Virus record (IMG/VR): IMGVR_UViG_3300033233_000003
DNA from: an uncultured virus (IMG/VR IMGVR_UViG_3300033233_000003)
Lineage: Duplodnaviria > Heunggongvirae > Uroviricota > Caudoviricetes
Strand: one strand, 5' to 3'
Length of the DNA stretch: 64,000 bases
Part shown: positions 56,888 to 64,000 of the stretch, in pieces
Layout: every line of letters starts with the position of its first letter
Position numbering within the stretch: position 1 is the stretch's first letter
The notes under the pieces: model-generated
What the model was told of the DNA's origin: nothing
The model's input: the letters and a program-made list of their open reading frames with translations, nothing else
Databases searched by the model: none
Translations under genes and position numbers: made by a program

Positions 56888-58146
56888 TGGCGACTGACGA
56901 CGAAAAGAAGGAGAAGGCGTCGTTCTTCGTTCCGGAGAACGCTCGCGTCGAGCGTGCGGAGGAGCACCTCTCGCCTTCGGGGAAGTACAAGCTCGTCGTG
57001 ACGCCATACTCGACGACGAACGGCGGCTGGGACTACTCCAGAGGAGTCGTCTCCATCGCCGGCTCAGTCGTCACGCGGTCCGCTTCGCGGCCGCTAGGCG
57101 CGGTCTTGGCCGAAGTTCTTCGCAACTACGGCATGTTCCCCTTCACCTTCGTCGAGGGGCACGGCAACGGCCACGACTACCTCATCTGCGGTGAGGACTA
57201 CCAGGGTCAGACCGTCGTCGAGCTGGACACCAGTTCCGACGCGGTCGCCTTCGGCGCCGCTAGTCCCGACGCGGTCGCCTTCGGCGCCGCTAGTCCCGAC
57301 GCGGTCGCCTTCGGCGCCGCTAGTCCCGACGCGGTCGCCTTCGGCGCCGCTAGCAAGCGGGTCGATCATCTGCCTGAGGAGGCGGAAGCCGGAGCCGCGT
57401 TCTGCTGGGAAGAGGCGAGGTTCGACGCGTCCTCGAAGATGCTGCTCGTCTGCGGCTGTCACTGGGCCTGTCCGTACGAGTTCCGCTTCTACGACTTCTC
57501 CGATCCGATGGCCGGCTGGCCGGAGATCGAGGCCGACGGGTGCGTTTTTGCCGATCGCAAGTGGCCGATCGTTGAATCAGGCGGGATCGTCAAGTGCTAC
57601 CAGACGAAATCGACTGATGATGGTGATGGCGATGGTGACGAGATCAGCGGCGCCGAAGGCGACCGCGTCGGCGGTGACGATCTCGTTGAGTCCATCATGA
57701 CGTTCAAGCGAGAAGGGCAAAAACTGGTTCTCCAAAGCGAATGGGTGTCGGACGAGGAGAAGGCGCGCCGCGCTGCCCGCGAGGAGGGCAAGCGCAAGTA
57801 CGAAGCGTGGAAGGCGGAGTTTCGGTCGACGGATCCGCTCTACCTGACGTACGTCGAGCTGATCAAAGATCCGGCGCTCTCGCCTGAGGAACACGAGAGC
57901 ATCGGCGTCACGCACGAGAGCTGGTGCCCGCATTTTTCCGGCGACGAAAGGCGTTGGTGTCGACGGCTTCTGAACGGCGACCGTGGAAATGAGAAGCGCC
58001 AGCATACGGTCGACCTCGAATGGGCCGTGATCTCCGGCCCCGTCAAGCTCGTCGTCTTCAAGGACGGCGAGCACGTCGAGGACAAGTTCTTCGAGCACTC
58101 GGTCGACGGCATGAAGGAGGCGTTTGCTCATGCGAAGTCGCTCTAG
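56887..58146 (+). CDS. Acidic hypothetical protein carrying six hairpin copies
   Basis: TRSASRPL, (DAVAFGAAS) x4 and SGAEGDRVG peptides; frame intact. Confidence 0.7.
   Translation: MATDDEKKEKASFFVPENARVERAEEHLSPSGKYKLVVTPYSTTNGGWDYSRGVVSIAGSVVTRSASRPLGAVLAEVLRNYGMFPFTFVEGHGNGHDYLICGEDYQGQTVVELDTSSDAVAFGAASPDAVAFGAASPDAVAFGAASPDAVAFGAASKRVDHLPEEAEAGAAFCWEEARFDASSKMLLVCGCHWACPYEFRFYDFSDPMAGWPEIEADGCVFADRKWPIVESGGIVKCYQTKSTDDGDGDGDEISGAEGDRVGGDDLVESIMTFKREGQKLVLQSEWVSDEEKARRAAREEGKRKYEAWKAEFRSTDPLYLTYVELIKDPALSPEEHESIGVTHESWCPHFSGDERRWCRRLLNGDRGNEKRQHTVDLEWAVISGPVKLVVFKDGEHVEDKFFEHSVDGMKEAFAHAKSL
57231..57353 (+). repeat. Tandem array of four 30-bp hairpin units
   Basis: Unit TAGTCCCGACGCGGTCGCCTTCGGCGCCGC; the first unit differs slightly. 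Confidence 0.97.
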
Positions 58147-58609
58147 TTCCAACGCAGTCGCCTCCGGCACCGCAGTTCCAATGCGGTCGCCTCCGGCGCT
58201 ACTGGTACGCTATCGCGTCGTGCTCACCGGCAAGGCCACGAGAGATCGCGTCCCCGTCTTCGAGTTCTGCTTCGGCGAGCGCAAGACGAAACGCGCCGCG
58301 GAGAACCTCGCGGTGAAGGTGCATGCTGCGCACCCGAAGGGCATCGTGAGGATCGACGAGAGGATCGAGGAGAAGCCTTCATGAAGCACTTCTTCGCCTC
58401 GGCGTTCGTCACGATCATGCTCATCTCGCTGAACGAGACGCCTCTCCTGGAGCACTCGGAGGAGCGCACGGTGTGGCTGCTGGGCATCACGGCCATGCTC
58501 GGGATCGTCACGTTCATTGCCGCGGTGATCGACGCCGTCCGCAACACTTGCTTCGACTGCGGATCGTGTGGCGGTTTGTCGAGCTGTGACGATCGCTGCC
58601 GGCTTTGCC

Positions 58610-59209
58610 TCACAACTCGACTTTCGGGGCAACATTCGGGGCATCCGTCCCTTCTGCCTCGGAAGTCGAGGCTGCCTCAGAAGTCAGGCGGTCAAGCGAT
58701 CCGTTGAACGTCACGGTAACGAGCGCTCCCGACTCCCTGAGCGCCGCCGTCGCAATCTGAACCACGGCTTCCAGCATGGTCCGCGTCTCGTCGCGATAGC
58801 GCTCGTCATCCCATTCGTACGAGCCACGCCCCTCCGTGATCCACCATCCGGCTTTGCAGCGGTCGATGACGGCGACTAGCCCAGCGGCCAAGCCTGTGCG
58901 GTCCGAATTCAGTGCGGCCTTCAAGCACCCGATGACCGATGCCTGCTTGCGAATCAGCGCGGCGGCCACACGAGCGCGGTACACGACGCCTGCCTCCAGG
59001 GACCACGCGACCTTCTCTTCAGCGGTTTCGCCGGTCTCAGGAAGTTGCTGGTAGGCGGCTATCGGGTCACGATGCGCGTCGGCGAGTTCAGCGGCAATGC
59101 GAGCTGGGCACTTCGCGTCATCATGGAAAGCGTGGCACCGGCAGCCCTCACGGGTGCAGTGGCACACGGGGAGATGTCCGCAGAGGTGCCCGCAACGCTG
59201 GGCGCTCAT
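58610..59209 (-). CDS. Hypothetical protein with a Cys/His-rich N-terminus
   Basis: WWITEGRGSYEWDDERYRDE. Confidence 0.55.
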   Translation of the reverse strand: MSAQRCGHLCGHLPVCHCTREGCRCHAFHDDAKCPARIAAELADAHRDPIAAYQQLPETGETAEEKVAWSLEAGVVYRARVAAALIRKQASVIGCLKAALNSDRTGLAAGLVAVIDRCKAGWWITEGRGSYEWDDERYRDETRTMLEAVVQIATAALRESGALVTVTFNGSLDRLTSEAASTSEAEGTDAPNVAPKVEL

Positions 59210-59399
59210 CGCGACGAGTCCATCGTTTCGAGCACCCTCACTAGGACATCGCGCGCCTCAGTCCGCTTCGCGTCGAGCGCATCGAGCACAGCGGGCGGTG
59301 CGCCCTCGCGGGCGACGACCTTGGCCGCGTAGTACATCGCCTCCGCTTTCGCGACGGTTCGGATCGCGTCGGCGACCAGTTCGGCCTGTAAACGCTTCA

Positions 59400-60050
59400 T
59401 TAGACAATTCGCTCCGCGTTCTCCAGGTACCATCCACGCGCCCTGTCCGAGACAGCCTTCTGCACCTGCTTCCACGCGAGCCCGCTGGCCTCGCGCTCGG
59501 CCTCGGTCTCCTTCTCCACGTCCTTGCAGATCCAGGCGAGGAACGGGCCGATTAGGCGCTTCTCGAACGTTAGCGAGTCTCCGGAGGCGGCCCTCGCACC
59601 TTGTTCCAAGCGGGCGTCGGTCAGAACCATCTCCGCGTAGGCATCGACGCTGGCGGCCACGGACGGGTCAACCTGAGCCGGGGCGGAGCGCGCGACGACC
59701 TTGTGCTTCTCTCCCTTGGCCTTGAAGCAGAGATCGGAGAATCCCTTCCTGCTTCGACCCATCGGATAGAAAACGAGCCCTTCACCAGTGCCCTCGACAC
59801 CGAACGTATCGCGGACCCACGGGTCGCACGCCTCGACGCTGGCCACGACCGCATTGATCTGATCGAGGATGGGTTGGACGACTTTGGGCGTCTCCAGCAT
59901 CGGGATCAGCAGCGGTCCCACGCCGTACCACGGGAGAACGTACACGCCGTTTGGCGCGTGGGTCAGATGGTAGCCAAGCATGGTCGGGTCCACGATAAGG
60001 TCCGAGTCGTCCTCAACCGGGATGTCCGTAGCAGCGAACACCGCAAACAC
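59400..60050 (-). pseudogene. 5'-truncated Rnl2-like RNA ligase
   Basis: GEGLVF and FKAKGEKH motifs plus the C-domain are present. The adenylation motif is absent, and an in-frame TAG lies 7 codons upstream where the composition changes. Confidence 0.65.
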
Positions 60051-60216
60051 CTTGGATGGGCTTTGATCCTAAATCGCCATCTGCCCCATAATTTTACCTA
60101 GCAGCCGGCGTCTGCCCCAATATTACGCCTCGCGTTACCTCGCACCGCGCGCCTGCCTCAATATTATTAGCTCAGATCTGAGTGAGTCACTCGGTCGACC
60201 AGTCCGTCCTACGCGT

Positions 60217-60777
60217 ATGCAATTCGACGAGGCGACGAAGACCAAGGCGATCCAGGCGGTCGAACGCAATCTGGCCATCTTCCACCAGCTCATGAAGGGG
60301 CTCTCGATAGAGAGTCAGATCCTCTACAGGTGGTCTCTGGCTTCAACGCTACAAGATCTGATCGATTCGATGCTGGGCAACCTGGCGGATCTGGCGGACG
60401 ACGAGAAAGCCGCAGGCGAACAGCAACAGACGGCACCGGTCGCCGCCACCCAAGCGCCTGCCGTGTCAGCAGTGCCAGCAGTGCCAGCGCGAGCAGAATC
60501 CCAAGCGAGGAGTCGAATCACCGTACCGGACGCCATTCGAGCCATGCTGGCGGGTAACGCGACCGGTCTGCTACCGCGAGAAATTCTGCAACGCCTGCGC
60601 GAGGACCGGCCTGACGTTGACGAGGCTGCCGTCCACAGCGCGCTGCACTCGATGCGAAAGCGCGGTGAGCTGGCACGGGAGGGCTTTCACAAGAACTACC
60701 GCTACCGCCTGATCCCACGGACGAGCGCCACAATCGATTTCGGTACCAACGAGTCTCCTGGAGGTGCGACGCACTAG
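60217..60777 (+). CDS. Winged-HTH protein
   Basis: DAIRAML...LLPREILQRL...AVHSALHSM.KRGEL.R...YRL. Confidence 0.6.
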   Translation: MQFDEATKTKAIQAVERNLAIFHQLMKGLSIESQILYRWSLASTLQDLIDSMLGNLADLADDEKAAGEQQQTAPVAATQAPAVSAVPAVPARAESQARSRITVPDAIRAMLAGNATGLLPREILQRLREDRPDVDEAAVHSALHSMRKRGELAREGFHKNYRYRLIPRTSATIDFGTNESPGGATH

Positions 60778-60854
60778 CCTGCGATCCCGCCTCTGGCGGG
60801 ACGAGCCCAATTCTCGCGAGACCGGCCAAGAGCCGGACGGGTGAGGTCTACCCT

Positions 60855-61055
60855 TTACCCTTTTCCCATCAGCACCTTCGCTTCGCGGACGCCGAGCGAG
60901 CGCAGCCAGCTTGATACGTCGAGCCCTGCCGCATCCGCCGCCTCCACGAAGAGCTGCTTCTGATCCGCCGTGACTCTCACGACGATCATGTCTTCTTTTC
61001 GCTCCCGCTCGGACTTCCTCCGCTTTTTCCCGTTCCCTTCGGTCATCCTCCGCAT
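60855..61055 (-). CDS. Ribbon-helix-helix regulator
   Basis: RKEDMIVVRVTADQK.LF.EAA.AAGLDVSSWLR. Confidence 0.75.
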   Translation of the reverse strand: MRRMTEGNGKKRRKSERERKEDMIVVRVTADQKQLFVEAADAAGLDVSSWLRSLGVREAKVLMGKG

Positions 61056-61071
61056 GATGTAGAGACCTCAG

Positions 61072-61110
61072 GAATACGTCAAGTATTCATTGTTATCCTG
61101 TGGTGAATAC
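61072..61110. promoter_or_regulatory. Putative operator between the RHH and transposase genes
   Basis: GAATAC-gtcaa-GTATTC inverted repeat enclosing a minus-strand TTGAC, plus a third GAATAC at 61105. Confidence 0.5.
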
Positions 61111-61136
61111 ATTAGTCATACGGCCGTCTCACTGGT

Positions 61137-62420
61137 ATGACGAACACGGAGCAGGGACAAGCAGTCCGGCGGGAGCGGGCGATCGAGATCGCGAAGAAGC
61201 AGCGCATCGCCAAGCGCGGCTCCGTGTGGGTCGTGCCCTCCGCCAGCCATTCGGGTCATTACGTCGTGAGCAACGACGTGGTGAACGGCATGCCCACCTG
61301 GGGATGTTCGTGCCCCGACTACGAGACTCGCGGTCAGCCGTGCAAGCACGTGATCGCGGTCGAGATCGTCCGCTACCAGTCCATGCCCGACGGCACCATC
61401 ATCACGGAGCGCATCACCTACAAGCAGGACTGGCCCTCGTACAACGCGGCCCAGATCCAGGAACAGGAGCGCTTCGAGCTTCTGCTGCGGGATCTCATGT
61501 CGACGGTCGAGACTCCCAAGCATAAGGCTGCCGGTCGTCCGAGAATGCCGCTCGCCGACGTGATCTTCGGCAACGCCATGAAAGTCTACTCGACGAAGAG
61601 CGGACGCCGCGCCAGCACAAGCATCCTCCGAGCGAAAGAGGCAGGGCTCACCGCGAACGCCCCAAGCTACAACACCCTCTTTCGCTACATGGAGAGTCCC
61701 GCCCTAACGCCAATCCTCTCCGGCTTGATCGAACAGACCGCGATGCCGCTGCGCTCCATCGAGAGCGTCTTCGCGGTCGACTCGACCGGCTTCGCTAACG
61801 TGACCTATGCGCGGTGGTTCGACGAGAAGTATGGGGAAGAGCGCTCGATGAAGACGTGGGTGAAGGCTCACGTGATGTGTGGCGTGAAGACACACGTCAT
61901 CACGAGCGCGATCGTCACGCCCATGAATGGCGCCGATTGTCCGCAGTTCAAGGGGCTGGTCGAGAAGACGGCGAAGCACTTCAAGATCGTCGATGTGTGC
62001 GCCGACAAGGCATACCTCTCTCGCGAGAATCTGGCGCTCGTCGCCGCCCTCGGTGGTACCGCCATGATCCCGTTCAAGGACGGTACTGGCGAGGGGACGG
62101 TAGGCAACGGCGTAGTCGCCCCTCACGCGGAGCTGTGGCGCCAAGCGTTCCACTACTACCAGTACAACCGGGAGCAGTTCCTGCCTCGGTACCACCAGCG
62201 GAGCAACGTCGAGACCGTTTTCCACATGGTCAAGTCCAAGATCGGGGCGTTCGTCCGCTCGACGAGCCCCACTGGCCAGATCAACGAAGTGCTAACAAAG
62301 CTCCTGTGCCACAACATCATCGCCAACGTTCGGGCGAGCTTCGAGCTTGGCCTGAATCCCATACTCGGCTCCGGCGTCAGCCTCACCCCGGCCGACCTGC
62401 TCGTCGGAGATGCCACGTGA
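61137..62420 (+). mobile_element. DDE transposase (IS4/IS5-like) with an N-terminal SWIM zinc finger
   Basis: CSCPD...CKH; DWPSYNAAQ; VDSTGF; ADKAY; YHQRSNVETVF.MVK. Confidence 0.85.
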
Positions 62421-62656
62421 GCCGCGCTTCGACCGTCACAGAGATCGTGCTGACAGTGCTTCGCACAACACCAGGAGTCGTGCCTGGAGCCATGCCGTGG
62501 CTCACGATGCGCGAAATCATCGATCGCGCAGCCGATCGCGGGGAGACGATCTCGCTGAACGCGGTGGCCTCCGCGCTCGCGAACGTCGAATCCGGCGCCC
62601 TCTACGTAGACCGTTCGCGACGGCCGTTTCGATACCGCCTGCGGGTCTTGCAATGA
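62417..62656 (+). CDS. Small winged-HTH protein
   Basis: GTGA overlap with the transposase stop; LTMREIID...NAVASAL...PFRYRL. Confidence 0.55.
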   Translation: MSRASTVTEIVLTVLRTTPGVVPGAMPWLTMREIIDRAADRGETISLNAVASALANVESGALYVDRSRRPFRYRLRVLQ

Positions 62657-62725
62657 GGAGACGCATGCGAAAGGAATCAAGGCATGTTTCTCGGCCCATC
62701 TTCCTTAGCCAAGTAACCTTGGCGA

Positions 62726-62911
62726 ATGGCCTTTGTCCGAGTAACCTTGGCCAAGTGCAAATGCGACGAGTGCGGACACAAGTGGTTCTCGCGGTGGCCA
62801 CGCAAGATCCCGATCGTGAACCGGCCTTCGAGGAAGCCACTCCCGAAGAAGTGCCCGCAGTGCAAGTCGGGATGGTGGAACGACCTCCCGCGTCAGGCGA
62901 AGCGCTCTTGA
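62726..62911 (+). CDS. Zinc-ribbon protein
   Basis: CDECGHKW...PKKCPQCKS.WWN. Confidence 0.65.
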   Translation: MAFVRVTLAKCKCDECGHKWFSRWPRKIPIVNRPSRKPLPKKCPQCKSGWWNDLPRQAKRS

Positions 62912-63095
62912 AATCTTGTGGGCAAGTCGTGGACGAGCAGTGGTGGTTCAGTGGGCAACACTTGTGGTCCAAAGGGCAACACTTGTGGTCCAAGTGGCCA
63001 CAACTGTGGCCGAGAGGATTTCTCGCGAGCGCGAACGAAAGCGCTTTCGTTCGCGCACCGTCTTCGTCTACAGGTCGCTCGTCAATGAGGGCACG

Positions 63096-64000
63096 ATGCG
63101 GCGAGTGATCCCTCCGTCGAGCAAGTCCGTCACAGCGAACGGCATCCTGAAGGACACGCCTGCTAATCGCGCGCTAACTCCCCGCGTCGCATCGGATGCC
63201 CAATTCCGATCTTCAAAGTTGGTGCAAGGCGCGTTCTATGCCGACGGTCTCTCTCTGCTGTTCCACGGCGATGTTCGCTCGACGTTGGCGCGCATCGCGG
63301 CAAGCGGTTTGAAGGTCGACTGCATCATCACTTCGCCACCGTTCTACGGACAGCGGGACTACGGATTCGCGGAGCAGATCGGACTTGAAGATCATCCTCG
63401 TGAATACCTGAGCAACCTCATCGAGGTCTTTCAACTTTGTGGGGCGGTCCTGAGCGAGACGGGCAGCCTTTGGGTGAACATCGGCGACACGTATTGGAGC
63501 GGAAAAGGTGCGCATAAGAGCGGTGAAATGAAACAGGCGGCGCGAAGATTTGGACTCCGCCCACAGGATCGAGCAGGCGACGGTCTTTGGGCCAAGCCGA
63601 AACAACTTCTCTTGCTGCCACATCGTTTTGCGATCGAAATGCAGGACGCCGGATGGCTCGTTCGGAACGACAATGTGTGGGTGAAACCGTATCCTATCCC
63701 CGATCAGGTGCGTGATCGCTGTTCCATCTCACACGAGTACGTGTTTCACTTCACGAAGGCTCGTTGGTATTACTTCGATCATCGAGCCGTCGCGAGGAAG
63801 CTCGCGAATGGAACCATGCTGCCGCCTCTAGATACCTGGGTCGTACCACCGGCACGTGGCAACGGCAGTCACCGCGCTTCCTTTTCAGAGGAACTGGCCC
63901 GTGTTCCCATCCTCGCTACCACTCCTCCGCGAGGGATCGTGCTTGACCCGTTCAACGGAAGCGGAACGTCGATGGTATTCGCGCGACGACACGGCATTCG
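63096..64000 (+). CDS. Beta-class DNA methyltransferase (N4-C/N6-A); runs off the window end
   Basis: Hand translation gives GDV...VDCIITSPPFYGQRDY; later GSLWVNIGDTY, HEYVFHF and VLDPFNGSGT; GAGG RBS before the ATG at 63096. Confidence 0.88.
   Translation, partial: MRRVIPPSSKSVTANGILKDTPANRALTPRVASDAQFRSSKLVQGAFYADGLSLLFHGDVRSTLARIAASGLKVDCIITSPPFYGQRDYGFAEQIGLEDHPREYLSNLIEVFQLCGAVLSETGSLWVNIGDTYWSGKGAHKSGEMKQAARRFGLRPQDRAGDGLWAKPKQLLLLPHRFAIEMQDAGWLVRNDNVWVKPYPIPDQVRDRCSISHEYVFHFTKARWYYFDHRAVARKLANGTMLPPLDTWVVPPARGNGSHRASFSEELARVPILATTPPRGIVLDPFNGSGTSMVFARRHGI

Noticed and set aside
57231..57353. CRISPR array
   Set aside because: The repeats are contiguous with no spacers, and no cas genes were seen.
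1..64000. tRNA/rRNA genes and a host assignment
   Set aside because: No cloverleaf or rRNA signature was noticed by eye, and GC content alone cannot identify the host.

Overview
This high-GC window reads as part of a bacterial virus or provirus. I recognised no terminase, portal, tape-measure, major capsid or integrase gene. A minus-strand arm (1-41.6 kb) carries a long Trp/acidic repeat protein, beta-rich structural-type proteins and six spike/receptor-binding-like genes that share an N-terminal anchor module. It also carries an intein-containing RadA/Sms-like ATPase, many small orphan ORFs, membrane-anchored proteins and a DUF4160/DUF2442-type toxin-antitoxin-like pair. A short plus-strand island at 36.2-38.5 kb holds an M23 peptidase, a hydrolase and a BrnT pair. 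A plus-strand arm (41.9-58.7 kb) carries an SSB-like protein, a Lys/Pro-rich basic protein, two nucleoside-deoxyribosyltransferase-like genes, a protein-primed-type family B DNA polymerase with an intein in motif C, a DEDDh exonuclease and a DGQHR/ParB-like protein. The right end holds a truncated RNA-ligase-like gene, a SWIM+DDE transposase with small regulators, and a DNA methyltransferase that runs off the window. Two non-coding repeat families stand out. (1) About 21 copies of a ~28-30-bp bulged hairpin with compensatory stem changes and a C-GNA-G loop lie in both orientations, often inside ORFs. (2) Six co-oriented copies of a ~160-bp structured element each have a different purine-rich simple-repeat tail and precede a gene block. 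All protein calls come from motif recognition by eye; no searches were run.
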